Of a DNA stretch of 44,842 nt, positions 8,805 to 19,121 are shown in pieces (the stretch's first letter is position 1; each line of letters starts with the position of its first letter). The notes under the pieces were generated by a model, which saw nothing but the letters and a program-made list of their open reading frames with translations, made no database searches and was not told the DNA's origin. This DNA comes from Candidatus Woesearchaeota archaeon (lineage in GTDB: Archaea; Nanobdellota; Nanobdellia; Woesearchaeales; UBA10200), in assembly GCA_016180275.1 (NCBI GenBank), contig JACPBN010000005.1, positions 1 to 44,842 of the forward strand, given 5' to 3'. The position numbers were made by a program, and so were the translations under genes.

Positions 8805-9548
8805 ATGAGATTAACATTAGCAGAGCCAAAATACTTAAAAGATTCAGTAAGCATTATTTCTGAGCTAGTCAACGAAGCAACTTTCAAGATAACGCCAAAT
8901 GCAATTGAGCTTGTGGCAATGGATCCGGCAAATGTTGCTATGGTTATGTTCAAGCTGCTAAGCAGTTGCTTTACAGAATATGATGTCAAAGACAACATAG
9001 AACTGGCAATTAACCTAAATAATCTAAAACAGATTCTCAGACGAGCAAAGCCTGATGATATGCTTTCTTTAGAGCTAGAGGAAAACAAGCTTGTTCTGCA
9101 ATTTAAAAGCAAGACTACAAGAACCTTCTCTCTGCCAATCATAGAACTTGATGAAAAAGAGCAGAAAATTCCAGACTTAAAGTTCAGCGCGGTTATAAAA
9201 GCATCTGCTAGCTTGTTAAATGAAGCAGTTGAAGATGTTGATATTGTAGCAGAAAGCCTGACTTTAGAGGCAGAGTCACAGAAGCTTAACATTGTGGCAG
9301 AAGGCGATTTATCCAAGGCAAAAATAGAAATAAAAGCTAGTGATGAAGTAAGCATAAATGTCGCTGGAAGCGCAAAAGTCAGGTCTAAATATTCAGTTGA
9401 ATACCTCAAGAAAATGATAGGTGGCTCAAAGCTTGCAGATGAAGTACACATCTATTTCAGTGATGATTATCCATTAAAGCTTGAGTACAAGTCAGTTGAT
9501 AAGGTAATGCTTGCATTCATACTTGCGCCTAGAGTAGAGAATGATTAG
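8805..9548 (+). CDS. pcn: DNA polymerase sliding clamp PCNA
   Basis: 247 aa, SD GAGGGG upstream. N-terminus LKDSVSIISELVNEATFKITPNAIELVAMDPANVAMV and overall length are typical of archaeal PCNA. Confidence 0.9.
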   Translation: MRLTLAEPKYLKDSVSIISELVNEATFKITPNAIELVAMDPANVAMVMFKLLSSCFTEYDVKDNIELAINLNNLKQILRRAKPDDMLSLELEENKLVLQFKSKTTRTFSLPIIELDEKEQKIPDLKFSAVIKASASLLNEAVEDVDIVAESLTLEAESQKLNIVAEGDLSKAKIEIKASDEVSINVAGSAKVRSKYSVEYLKKMIGGSKLADEVHIYFSDDYPLKLEYKSVDKVMLAFILAPRVEND

Positions 9549-9687
9549 GTAGGTAATTAATTCTGCTTTTTCTTATCTTTTATTCATTCTATCTTTCTAA
9601 TCAGTTCTTAATCCTTATTTTATATTTATAACAAAATTTATATTATAGTTAAATTTATTTCTTTAAATTTATTGAACTATTAAAAAA

Positions 9688-10194
9688 TTGGTGATACCAA
9701 TTACAGACAAACTCAAAACCTATCTCCAAGAATGGGCAATCTATTTTATCAGAAGCAAGGATGTTATTGCCAAAAAGATAGCTGATATAGTAGAAAACAT
9801 AGAGAATGTTGATATTCTTATAACCTTTAATGACAGTAAAAAACAGGCAGTTATTATTGCTCCAATCTTAGATAATAATAGTTTCAATACAGACATATTG
9901 CTTGAGAAACTAAAGCCATTCAAAGACCAGAAAAACAAGACAGCTTTGTTCGTATTCAACACAAGCTCCAACTTAAAGAAAGTCATTGCAGACTGGCAAA
10001 AATTAGCAAATTTCGATATACAGTTTATGATTGTATTTGTAAATCCTTTCTCTAATCTAGATCATAAATGGTGCTTATTCCCTCAAACGCATCACAGCCT
10101 GAGCGATAAATCCTCATTAGAAACGGGATTAAAGAGCTTATTTGGTGCAGTAGGGGCTATAACTGAAGAAGAATTAGATAAAAAAATTAAATAA
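9688..10194 (+). CDS. Hypothetical protein
   Basis: 168-aa ORF that depends on a TTG start. No recognisable motif. It fills an otherwise empty interval with coding-like composition. Confidence 0.4.
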   Translation: MVIPITDKLKTYLQEWAIYFIRSKDVIAKKIADIVENIENVDILITFNDSKKQAVIIAPILDNNSFNTDILLEKLKPFKDQKNKTALFVFNTSSNLKKVIADWQKLANFDIQFMIVFVNPFSNLDHKWCLFPQTHHSLSDKSSLETGLKSLFGAVGAITEEELDKKIK

Positions 10195-10306
10195 ATGGGT
10201 GGAAATCTCAACCCTTTAGGGCGGAGAGCATGTCAAATATTGTCTATCCATTAAAATAAAATCTAACCTCAAGAAACAATAACAAAACATTATTTAAAAA
10301 AATAAT

Positions 10307-10585
10307 CTACTGTTTCTGCTCTCCTTCCTCACTTCCTTGGTTAGGCACAGCTGCTTTAGAAATAATCATTATATCTCCTACACTCTTAACTAGCTGGTGC
10401 GGCACAATAACTCCTTTTGCGCTGCCAAGAACTTTGCTTAAAAAGGAATTTCTAGTGCTTTTGACTTTCCATCCAAAAACCTTGTTAGCTGCAAGTATTG
10501 TCTCTTCAACATCTCCAAAATATTCGCCAGAATCAGTAAACACTTTCATGTCATAAGTTTCAGTTATTCTTTTCATTCTTAACAT
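10307..10585 (-). CDS. PRC-barrel domain protein
   Basis: 92 aa. DMKVFTDSGEYFGDVEETIL...GVIVPHQLVKSVGDIMIIS matches the small archaeal PRC-barrel pattern. Confidence 0.7.
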   Translation of the reverse strand: MLRMKRITETYDMKVFTDSGEYFGDVEETILAANKVFGWKVKSTRNSFLSKVLGSAKGVIVPHQLVKSVGDIMIISKAAVPNQGSEEGEQKQ

Positions 10586-10730
10586 GCAATCACCTTTTTT
10601 ATTATGGAGTGGTATAAATTATCCAATTTAGTAGTTAATTAGATACTGCAGTCTTTAAATATTTTTCTGTTTTCTCTTATTGCTAATTTTTAACAAACAT
10701 TTTTATTGTAACAAAAATTCATTGCTTAAT

Positions 10731-11480
10731 ATGAAATACAATAACCTGACCCTCATCGGCACATCTCATATTGCAAAGCAGAGTGTAGTTGAGATAACTG
10801 ATGCAATCTATGGGCTTAAGCCAGATATAATTGCTTTAGAGCTGGATCATAGAAGATATCATGCATTATCAAATAAAATCAAACATAGAATCAGGCTAAG
10901 CGATATTAGAAGAATTGGCATCAAAGGATTCATCTTTGCATTGCTTGGGCAATACGCGCAAAAGATACTTGGCAAATATGCAGGCTTAGAGCCTGGCTCA
11001 GATATGCTAACAGCTATTAATATTGCGCACCATCGAGGAATTAAAATCTCATTCATTGATCAGGACATTGAGATAACTTTTAGGCGATTCTCTCAAGCTT
11101 TGACTTGGCACGAAAAATGGAACTTTATAGTGGATTTATTCATGGCAATATTCTTTAGAAAATCAGAGATAAAAAAATTAGGCATAGAGAATTTTGACTT
11201 GACAAAAGTGCCTGAGAAAAAGCTCATTGAAAAGCTTCTAAAAAAATTGAAAGATCGCTATCCTTTTGTGTATAAAGTGCTGATAACAGAGCGCAACACC
11301 GTAATGTCTAGAAATTTGTATCATCTCATGCAATCTAATCAAGACAAGCACATTCTTGCAGTTGTAGGCGCAGGACATGTGGATAATTTACTAAAGCTTA
11401 TTAAGAAGCTGCATTCTAACAAGGCTGATGCTGCTGGTTCATCATTGTCATATTCATTTACCACTAATGTCGGCCAATGA
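10731..11480 (+). CDS. TraB/PrgY-family protein
   Basis: LIGTSHIAKQSVVEI near the N-terminus and AVVGAGHVDNL near the C-terminus. Start moved to the ATG at 10731. Confidence 0.75.
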   Translation: MKYNNLTLIGTSHIAKQSVVEITDAIYGLKPDIIALELDHRRYHALSNKIKHRIRLSDIRRIGIKGFIFALLGQYAQKILGKYAGLEPGSDMLTAINIAHHRGIKISFIDQDIEITFRRFSQALTWHEKWNFIVDLFMAIFFRKSEIKKLGIENFDLTKVPEKKLIEKLLKKLKDRYPFVYKVLITERNTVMSRNLYHLMQSNQDKHILAVVGAGHVDNLLKLIKKLHSNKADAAGSSLSYSFTTNVGQ

Positions 11481-11560
11481 ATGCTCAATAATCCAAAAAC
11501 TGTACAACTCCAGAAAATCTTAGTAAGATTTATAAACTTTTTAACCATATATTTGCTAAA

Positions 11561-12319
11561 ATGAATTTTGTATTATACAATATCTTAGACAAAATCAAGC
11601 GTTATTATAATTTCACTCGCTTAGAAGCTAGAAATCTCATCATAACTATACTTATTCTTGGCTTTATAGTCGGCTTTAATGATGGCACTCCTAATAGTAC
11701 TTTCACATATTGGATAACAAACATGTTTAACTCAATATTAATTGTAGCATTGGCAGTTTTAGTGCATGAGAGCGCACATCGTGTAATTGCATTAATTGGC
11801 GGCTATAGGGCAGAGTATCGTGTTTGGTGGTATGGCCTCATGTTCGGACTTATCTTAACAATTGTCAGCCGCGGCAAAATCTGGTTTTTGCTTCCTGGCG
11901 GCTTTATAGTTGATATACTGCAGCGTCATCGTCTAGGTCATTTTAGGTATGGAATTAATTATTGGATAGTTGGTATAATTGCTTTTATGGGGGCATTAGC
12001 TAATTTATTGCTTGCAATGATATTCAAGATTCTGATGTACATTCCTTATTTTCAGGGAAATCCGTTATTAGAGAAGGTTGTCCTTGTCAATGTCATATAT
12101 GCAATAATGTCATTGCTTCCTTTGCCTGGCTTAGGCGGCATTAATCTGCTATATGCTTCTCGCATAACTTACTTTTCATTATATCCTGCATTGATTGCTG
12201 CCGGCTTGCTTACAATTTATGCAAACGTTTTTATTGCAGTGATATCATTTATAATAGTTGGCATATTGGCATGGATTATATTTTTCTTTAGCTATGAAGC
12301 AGACAGTTATGGAGAATAA
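11561..12319 (+). CDS. Polytopic membrane metalloprotease-like protein (M50/S2P-like)
   Basis: 252 aa and multi-TM. HESAH (HExxH) lies in a TM helix. LLPLPGLGG resembles the M50 NxxPxxxLDG motif, but the Asp appears replaced by Gly, so activity is uncertain. Confidence 0.55.
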   Translation: MNFVLYNILDKIKRYYNFTRLEARNLIITILILGFIVGFNDGTPNSTFTYWITNMFNSILIVALAVLVHESAHRVIALIGGYRAEYRVWWYGLMFGLILTIVSRGKIWFLLPGGFIVDILQRHRLGHFRYGINYWIVGIIAFMGALANLLLAMIFKILMYIPYFQGNPLLEKVVLVNVIYAIMSLLPLPGLGGINLLYASRITYFSLYPALIAAGLLTIYANVFIAVISFIIVGILAWIIFFFSYEADSYGE

Positions 12320-12366
12320 TCAAAATAATAAAAAGAATTAATAATATCCCGATAATAACAACAAAA

Positions 12367-12702
12367 ATGCAACTGAAAGATATCAAAAAAAAGGCAAGCT
12401 TTTACCTGACCAGCTGGGCAGAATTTTACACTATAATAGTAGCTATCCTTGGATTTTTTTTAGCAGTATCAATACAAGCTCCAACATTAAATTATATTGT
12501 GCTGTTTATTGGAGGCTTCTTAGGCGGCAGATTATTATTTCAGAATAGAAGGGCAATGCCATTTGCTTACTTCCTTATTATCTTTGGCTTCTTTTTAGGT
12601 TATATTTTAGGCTCTTACTACGTCAGCAGAAAACTGCTTATATTCTTTGCAATAGTTGCTGTCGTGATTAGCTATTACGCTCATGATAAAGGGTATGTAT
12701 GA
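12367..12702 (+). CDS. Hypothetical membrane protein (3-4 TM)
   Basis: 111 aa and strongly hydrophobic. No family recognised. Confidence 0.5.
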   Translation: MQLKDIKKKASFYLTSWAEFYTIIVAILGFFLAVSIQAPTLNYIVLFIGGFLGGRLLFQNRRAMPFAYFLIIFGFFLGYILGSYYVSRKLLIFFAIVAVVISYYAHDKGYV

Positions 12703-12806
12703 CATTAAATATCTCTAACACCTACAAAAATAATTTCTTAATCGATCTTAAATGTTATAATAAAATAGAATTAATCTCCTCAACAATTTTTGTTGCACAG
12801 AATTAT

Positions 12807-14036
12807 TCAGAATCTGCGCTGGTTTCTCCCATGCCCTCTCTGTACGCCTTGTGAAAATCTTCTCCCAAAACCTCCTGCCTCTCTCTGGAATCCTTGCCTT
12901 TTATGCTGCACAGCAGGAACAAACTTGATGCGCTCAAATTCAGGAGTTTTCATCTTATGTATCAATAATGACCTGTCTTCCATGACCCTTCTAAAATTAT
13001 CATGATCTTCTGGGCATAATAATGAGATGACTTTTCCTTCACAGCCTGCTCTTGCAGTCCTTCCTATCCTGTGCACATACTCCAGAGAAGTTTTAGGTAT
13101 GTCATAATTGATGACTAAATTTACATTCTTTATATCTAAGCCACGAGCAGCAACATCACTAGCTACTAAAACATCAAGCTTTCCTGCATGAAACGCATCC
13201 ATCACCTGTTTTCTTCTATGTTGTGTAATGCCTCCGTGCAATGCCTGGGCTCTTATGTTATTCTTATAAAGATTCTTGCCTACAACATCAACAAACTGCC
13301 TTGTGCTGCAAAAAATAAGTGCAAGACCATTTACTTCTTTCTTGATTATACTCAATAACAATGAGAACTTATCATATCTATTAACCTCATAATAATGCTG
13401 TATCAGCTTGCTTTTATCTACATATGTTTGCATCTTGACTTTTAATGGGTTATGCATATAATCATTTACTATAGTTATAATCTCTGCAGGCATTGTTGCG
13501 CTGAACAATAGCTTCTGGCAGTTTCTTGGAGTATTTGATATGATTTTCTTTATATCATCAACAAAGCCCATCTCAAACATCTTATCTGCTTCATCAAGAA
13601 CTAGGATCTTTATATTGCTGATATTTATTGTTCTGCGCTCTAAATGGTCAAGCATTCTTCCAGGAGTTCCAACAACAGCATCTGCATGCCTTAGGTGGTC
13701 TATTTGAGGATTTATTGACACTCCGCCATATACTTCAACAATATTTGTTTTTCTGTATTTAGTGAATTTTCTAAGCTCTTTTGCTACTTGGTTACAAAGC
13801 TCTCTTGTAGGAACAAGAACTAATAACTGCAATCCTTTACCCGGGATTACCTTTTCAAGAGCAGGAAATCCAAATGCAGCTGTCTTTCCGGAGCCAGTAT
13901 ATGATAATCCAATTACGTCCTTGCCTTGCTGTATTAATGGAATACATTTTTCCTGTATCTCAGTAAATTCAGAGAATCCTAGGTCCATGACAGCCTTTTC
14001 AAATTCTGGTTGTAATACTATTCCTTTTGTATTCAT
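12807..14036 (-). CDS. DEAD-box ATP-dependent RNA helicase with basic RG-rich tail
   Basis: Q-motif region, GSGKTAAF, DEAD, SAT and HRIGRTARAG are all present. The C-terminus is GGFGRRFSQGVQRGHGRNQRRF. Confidence 0.9.
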   Translation of the reverse strand: MNTKGIVLQPEFEKAVMDLGFSEFTEIQEKCIPLIQQGKDVIGLSYTGSGKTAAFGFPALEKVIPGKGLQLLVLVPTRELCNQVAKELRKFTKYRKTNIVEVYGGVSINPQIDHLRHADAVVGTPGRMLDHLERRTINISNIKILVLDEADKMFEMGFVDDIKKIISNTPRNCQKLLFSATMPAEIITIVNDYMHNPLKVKMQTYVDKSKLIQHYYEVNRYDKFSLLLSIIKKEVNGLALIFCSTRQFVDVVGKNLYKNNIRAQALHGGITQHRRKQVMDAFHAGKLDVLVASDVAARGLDIKNVNLVINYDIPKTSLEYVHRIGRTARAGCEGKVISLLCPEDHDNFRRVMEDRSLLIHKMKTPEFERIKFVPAVQHKRQGFQREAGGFGRRFSQGVQRGHGRNQRRF

Positions 14037-14380
14037 ATCTTAATTATTTCGCTGCTTGCTTTTAAATCTTTCCTATTTAAGACGATAAAATAAAGAAATT
14101 AAAACTTGTAAAAATAATCTTGGTAATTTTTCATCTTTTTTTATTGCAGAAAGTGCAATATCTCTTTAATTTCAACGCATTTTCTTGTACTAATCCATCA
14201 ATATGCGTTTGAGACCCTTCATAATTTACTAAATCTTGATCAAATGTAACTTCAACTGCTTTTGCATAATCTAAAATCACTTACTTTTTCGCTAGTGCCG
14301 TTTTTAAGAAGATATAACCTAAAATATTTGCTTATTATTTACTTATTAAGTTTTGATTAAAAACCAGAAATAAAAAGGAT

Positions 14381-14492
14381 GGACAGCTTTCTAAAGTTCC
14401 CGCACGTGAATGCAGTACAATCCAGAACGGAGGCTTGCTTGACTTCCGTGTTCAAGATGGGAACGGGTAGAACCAGGCCCCTATGACCGTCC
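14381..14492 (-). rRNA. rrf: 5S ribosomal RNA (stand-alone)
   Basis: Minus-strand read GGACGGTCATAGGGGCCTGG...CCCGTTCCCATCTTGAACACGGAAGTCAAGC...GCTGTCC has the conserved 5S loop C / helix III core. Terminal helix I pairs, and a T-run follows on the minus strand. Ends are accurate to within a few nt. Confidence 0.85.
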
Positions 14493-14573
14493 TAGGGTAT
14501 TAAAATAATGGCTTGTTTATAAATATTGTTGTTTTAGCGGCTATTTTAGTAAGTATTTTCCAATTATTACCTG

Positions 14574-15482
14574 TTATTTTTTAGCTAATTTTGCAACAAA
14601 AAATCCCTGCGTATTAGTAACATCGGGCCAGAATTTTAATGTCCCATGAAGATCTTTGTTAAAAGCAATCTTATACCTAGTCTCTTCAATGTCTATTAGC
14701 TTAGCCCCTAACTTATCAACTGCATAATTAACTGCTTCTTCATCCTCTTCAGGCTCCAAGCTGCAAGTTGAATAAACAATTATGCCGTCTTTCTTTAGCA
14801 CAGCAAATGCTGCTTTTAATAGTTTTTTCTGCGTTTCTGCAACCTTAACTAAATCTTTTTGTTTTCTTTTTTCTAACCAGTTATTTTCTAATGTAAAATT
14901 GCCAGAGCAAGGCGCGTCCAATAGAATTTTGTCAAATTTTAAGCCCAATCTAGCAACTTTCGCAGCATCCATGTTATATACAATTGTATTTTTAATTCCC
15001 AGTCTTGCAATATTATTTCGCAATGAAATCAGTTTATTTTTGTTGATATCAAGTGCGACAACAGTTCCTGTATTATTCATCAACTGCGCAATATAAGTAG
15101 TTTTGCCTCCTGGTGAAGCGCACATGTCTAACACTAACTCACATTTTTTATTGATATTCTCTTTTTTAGATATTTTTAATACTTCTTCAGACATTAAAAT
15201 TTGTACAGGAACTTGTGAAGCAGCTTCCTGTAGATAATAATAGCCTTGCAAATATTCTGGTGTTGAGCCTAATGAAAAACATGCTTTTGCTTTATAGCCA
15301 TAATCTGCAAAGTCAATCTTTTCCAAAGCAACATTTTTTGATTTTAATCTGGCAATCAGATTTTTTTCAGATATTTTTAGGGTATTTATCCTGATTGTCT
15401 GAAAAGAATCTAATTTAGAATATATTTTCATGACATTAATCTCATGCCCTAATTTGTTATATCTTTCTAAAAAGAAGTTCAT
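14574..15482 (-). CDS. NOL1/NOP2/Sun-family RNA (cytosine-C5)-methyltransferase
   Basis: DMCASPGGKTT (SAM motif I), LLDAPCSG (motif IV Cys) and YSTCSLEPEE (motif VI Cys). Confidence 0.85.
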   Translation of the reverse strand: MNFFLERYNKLGHEINVMKIYSKLDSFQTIRINTLKISEKNLIARLKSKNVALEKIDFADYGYKAKACFSLGSTPEYLQGYYYLQEAASQVPVQILMSEEVLKISKKENINKKCELVLDMCASPGGKTTYIAQLMNNTGTVVALDINKNKLISLRNNIARLGIKNTIVYNMDAAKVARLGLKFDKILLDAPCSGNFTLENNWLEKRKQKDLVKVAETQKKLLKAAFAVLKKDGIIVYSTCSLEPEEDEEAVNYAVDKLGAKLIDIEETRYKIAFNKDLHGTLKFWPDVTNTQGFFVAKLAKK

Positions 15483-15494
15483 GTTTTCACTCGT

Positions 15495-16643
15495 TCACTC
15501 ATTTAGCTCAATTACAATAGCTTTCTCCTTGCCGTCAACTGATTTAATTAGCTTATGTCCTTTAAGCTTTTCCTTTATTGTTGCCCATGAATGCTTTTGT
15601 GTAATTTCTTTAAGTTCCTTGAGTAAATTATCAATTAGCCGGTAGTTATTGTAAATTATTTCTGCTTTTTGCCTTGTCTCATATTCCTTTTTTTCCATTT
15701 CTATAACAAGTGTTTGTTGTTCATTGATGATTGTCTGTATCTTTTGCATTTCCTTCTCAAATTTTATTATAGCAGAGGATTTCTTTTTAATTCCTGCAGA
15801 GAAATATCTTTCTAATGCTGCATTTAATGTGTCAGTTTTTTCAAAAGTGTAACTATTATCATTTTGACTTGGATCCTTATAATAACCAAGCTCAAAAGGC
15901 ACAACCTCTTCTAATTTATTGTCTTTAAGTACCAATAATGGGCGTAGCTTTTTTGCACGAAGCTTCTTAATTGCAGAGAATAAAGCATCTAAATCATCTG
16001 TTGTAAAGTCAATTGGCTTTTTTGACTTGTTTATCTTTGCCTGCAAACAGAGCTCTTCTGCAAATATGCCTCCTGTTCCAAGATCCATAGCTAATGACTT
16101 TACAGCTGCATTTTGGAGAGAATTCAGCAGTAATTTAGATAATTGCTCTTTGGTCAGTTCAAATAAATTATATTCCCTGATGGGAAGCTTGTATGTCTCC
16201 TTTATCTTTAAAGAACGGTCTTTCATGATGTGCTGCTCTAAAACTGCGATAATAGTGTATTTTTCATCACATAATATTACATTTCCACGAGCGAATAATT
16301 CAATAATTAGATTGTATTTATGTTCCTTTGTCTCAAGCAGAATTTCAATAATTCGCTCATAATTCTTTTGGGTAATCGCCCTAACGCGAGCATTTTCTAT
16401 TCTTCTTCTCAATAACGAGCAAAATTCAGTTGGCTCTGAGTCCATTTCAGGCTTATTCTCTATCATATATAGAAAGCTAGGTACATATATTCTCATTATT
16501 TTCCTGCCTTGATTTGGAAGATGTAATTGGAGTAAGAGTTCTTTTTCCTCTGGCTGATATATTCTATCTATTTTTGCATCTATTAAAGATTGTAATTCCT
16601 GCACTAAATAATGGATTTCTATAGATGATAGCTGGATTTTCAT
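15495..16643 (-). CDS. NFACT-N domain protein (Rqc2/RqcH/FbpA homolog, N-terminal half only)
   Basis: 382 aa. MKIQLSSIEIHYLVQELQ...IDRIYQ is a typical NFACT-N start and is followed by a coiled coil. No NFACT-R (DUF814)-like C-terminal part is present. Confidence 0.7.
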   Translation of the reverse strand: MKIQLSSIEIHYLVQELQSLIDAKIDRIYQPEEKELLLQLHLPNQGRKIMRIYVPSFLYMIENKPEMDSEPTEFCSLLRRRIENARVRAITQKNYERIIEILLETKEHKYNLIIELFARGNVILCDEKYTIIAVLEQHIMKDRSLKIKETYKLPIREYNLFELTKEQLSKLLLNSLQNAAVKSLAMDLGTGGIFAEELCLQAKINKSKKPIDFTTDDLDALFSAIKKLRAKKLRPLLVLKDNKLEEVVPFELGYYKDPSQNDNSYTFEKTDTLNAALERYFSAGIKKKSSAIIKFEKEMQKIQTIINEQQTLVIEMEKKEYETRQKAEIIYNNYRLIDNLLKELKEITQKHSWATIKEKLKGHKLIKSVDGKEKAIVIELNE

Positions 16644-16743
16644 AACATAAAGAATAATTAAAGAGATTATATATATTTAACTTATCAAAAGCAGATAAAT
16701 GTACAAAATAAATAATTATAGCAATGATTTAATATCCAAATAA

Positions 16744-18240
16744 CTACCCCAAAAACTTCCTTATCTTCCCGGCATTAGTAAGATTTTCACTAATGCCTTT
16801 AAAGTTCTCTGTCCTGAAGTCATGCATTATCTCTGAAGTTATCTTATTGTGCGCAGTATTCTCGTTGTAATCAAAGTCATCTGCAATCTTTAGAACATTC
16901 TCTTTTATCGTATCCGGTAAATACTCTAAGTTTGCTTTATTTAGATAACCAAGAGCTTCTTTCAAATCATATTCAAAGTTAGTATAACATTCTTGCAAAG
17001 CATCTCTGTCATAATCATTTAATGCTGTTAATCCAAGAAGCTCAGGCGGCAATCCTATGCTATACAATGATGCGCAGAATGTGATTGCTCTTGGAAGAAC
17101 TAAACCGCGTTCAGATTTTCTAGAATATCCAAACAATCCAATATGCAATTTTCTAAGCCTTCTTCTTGGCACGAATTGTGACATTCTATTAACATATGGC
17201 GCAAGGACAATTATCTCTTTTTCATACTGTTCCTGAATTTTGTCAATAATCTTAAGCGCTTTTTCCTCATCAACATATACAGGCTTCTTTCGTTTTGTGT
17301 TATTTATAGTTTCAATTGCTTTTTTGACAGTTTTCTCAGGATAATCATATTTAAACGCGCTTTGCGCAGTAAATGTCTGGACACTTGGATATCCTTTAAG
17401 CAGTTTTTCTGGCTGTGTTGGCTTAAAATTGCCTCTGAAAGGCGCAGTTCCAACTCCAATCATTGGGTATATATCAATACCTAATTTTTTCTCAGTTTCA
17501 TGAAGCCTTTGCAATGCCACCTTACACAGTAATATTGCAGATATGTTGCCATAATTCAATGCAGGATCACTTCTTGCTAACCAAACTCTTTGATTATCTT
17601 TAATCTTCTCAAACTTGATAAATTTCTCAATAATGTTTGCAGAATCCAATATTGCTTCTTTTGTCTCAAACAATGGAATAACTCTTAATGAATCCGGCTT
17701 AAACTCCCCTATCCATTTTGAAAGCGGAATATCATTAGGAAATAATTTTTTTGCCTGTTTGCCAACAACAAACTGCTTGTAATATTCAGCTACCCTAATA
17801 GGACAGCGTTCACTTGTAACCATCGGAATGGCAACTTCAAATATTGGGGCAATTTTATCGTTATATACCTGACGAGCAACATCAAAGCTTCTAGGGATAC
17901 TTTCTAAAATTTCTAACAATAATTTTGCTTCATTACCCTCTATAGTAGGATTTGGAACGCGAAGCAAAAGTTGATTGTCGCGGCCAAGGCGATTTTTCTT
18001 GAAATAATCTGGATTCTCAGACAATAATTTCTTAACAACATAATTATCTGTTTCCTTGCCTTCACAATCCCATAATTGCTCATCACAGTTTAAAGTAGAA
18101 AACGCATAGTATGCTTCTTTTATTTCAGCTTCTCCGCCGATTACAGAATGCTGAGCAAATGGCGCATTATTGACATTATCAGGATGTTGTGTGCTTAATG
18201 TTCTTGGGATTTTAGGCATTTTAGAATTTGGAAGAGACAA
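16744..18240 (-). CDS. ppcA: Archaeal-type phosphoenolpyruvate carboxylase
   Basis: The N-terminal IPRTLSTQHPDN signature and about 500-aa length fit the PepcA family. Confidence 0.85.
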   Translation of the reverse strand: MSLPNSKMPKIPRTLSTQHPDNVNNAPFAQHSVIGGEAEIKEAYYAFSTLNCDEQLWDCEGKETDNYVVKKLLSENPDYFKKNRLGRDNQLLLRVPNPTIEGNEAKLLLEILESIPRSFDVARQVYNDKIAPIFEVAIPMVTSERCPIRVAEYYKQFVVGKQAKKLFPNDIPLSKWIGEFKPDSLRVIPLFETKEAILDSANIIEKFIKFEKIKDNQRVWLARSDPALNYGNISAILLCKVALQRLHETEKKLGIDIYPMIGVGTAPFRGNFKPTQPEKLLKGYPSVQTFTAQSAFKYDYPEKTVKKAIETINNTKRKKPVYVDEEKALKIIDKIQEQYEKEIIVLAPYVNRMSQFVPRRRLRKLHIGLFGYSRKSERGLVLPRAITFCASLYSIGLPPELLGLTALNDYDRDALQECYTNFEYDLKEALGYLNKANLEYLPDTIKENVLKIADDFDYNENTAHNKITSEIMHDFRTENFKGISENLTNAGKIRKFLG

Positions 18241-18267
18241 AGATATTTAAATGTTTGCAGATGTAAA

Positions 18268-18768
18268 TTATAAATTGATTTTATTTTTTATTTTATTTAT
18301 GATGTTAGTTATATTTATTTTTTTAGTAGTATCAACAACCAATACATTATGCACTGCTTCCTGCGCTTCAACCAAGCAAGTGTCAAATATTTCCGTCTCA
18401 AGGTTTATCTTGACTTTATCTGGTAGCTTTAGATATCGTTTCTTGAGCCTTTTATTTAGAACTTTCAGATTGCACTTTGTAATAATGCACAAATCAACAT
18501 ATTTGCAAGGGAGATAATGAGATAGGTGGCTGTCAATTACCATACCGAAGCAGCTTTTGTTTAATTCAATCAAATGCGTAAGAACCTTTGCAAGCTTTTT
18601 TTCATCAATTATTTTGCTATGGTATTTTCTGTCATATCCTTCAGCTAGCTTGTATTTAGTTATGATTTTGTTGACATCAAAATATCTAAAATTAAGTTTT
18701 TCTGCAAGAGCTTTAGCTAGCGTTGTCTTGCCTGTGCAAACGCTTCCTGAAACGATTATTACTGACAT
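18268..18768 (-). CDS. Fap7/adenylate-kinase-6-like P-loop NTPase
   Basis: 166 aa with an N-terminal IIVSGSVCTGKTTLAKALAEKL P-loop. Size fits archaeal Fap7-like kinases. Confidence 0.6.
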   Translation of the reverse strand: MSVIIVSGSVCTGKTTLAKALAEKLNFRYFDVNKIITKYKLAEGYDRKYHSKIIDEKKLAKVLTHLIELNKSCFGMVIDSHLSHYLPCKYVDLCIITKCNLKVLNKRLKKRYLKLPDKVKINLETEIFDTCLVEAQEAVHNVLVVDTTKKINITNIINKIKNKINL

Positions 18769-18779
18769 AAGATCCTCAA

Positions 18780-19121
18780 TTAATACCCAAATCTTCGTTC
18801 ATAATCTTTATGGTCAAACCATTCAAGGATAACATTAACTATCATCAATTCATTTTCCTTAATTGTATAAATCAGCCTCCATCCATTTGGCAGATCATAT
18901 TTCCACAAATTAGTAATATCATATTTTTGAAAATAAATGCTTGACCATAGCCTTTTTGGTAATTTAATGCCGCAAGTAGGATTTTTTTTAAGTTCTCTTG
19001 TGGCTCTCTCAATAAACGCATAGAGCTGCTTATCCTGGAATTTACCTTCTTTTAGAATTTCAAAGTCATTCTCTAACTTTTTGTCTCCAAATGTTACATG
19101 GATAGGTTTTTTAGTATTCAA
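18780..19121 (-). CDS. RelE/ParE-superfamily-like toxin (type II TA)
   Basis: 113 aa. The C-terminal half LWKYDLPNGWRLIYTIKENELMIVNVILEWFDHKDYERRFGY matches the RelE/YoeB-like pattern. The start overlaps the upstream small gene by 4 nt. Confidence 0.55.
   Translation of the reverse strand: MNTKKPIHVTFGDKKLENDFEILKEGKFQDKQLYAFIERATRELKKNPTCGIKLPKRLWSSIYFQKYDITNLWKYDLPNGWRLIYTIKENELMIVNVILEWFDHKDYERRFGY

Noticed and set aside
8744-9451. A 235-aa ORF antisense to PCNA. Similar long antisense ORFs lie at 22534-23061, 36350-36793, 37037-37492, 38580-39050, 26831-27244 and 43443-43835.
   Set aside because: Each lies opposite a gene with clear family motifs. Their products are low-complexity, rich in S, L, F and I, with no motifs. 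These are typical shadow ORFs of AT-rich coding DNA.
14131-14280. A minus-strand 49-codon ORF with a GTG start (VILDYAKAVEVTFDQDL...YCTFCNKKR) downstream of the 5S rRNA.
   Set aside because: It depends on a GTG directly after an in-frame TAA, has no SD and matches no recognisable family. It may be a gene remnant. The evidence is insufficient to call it.
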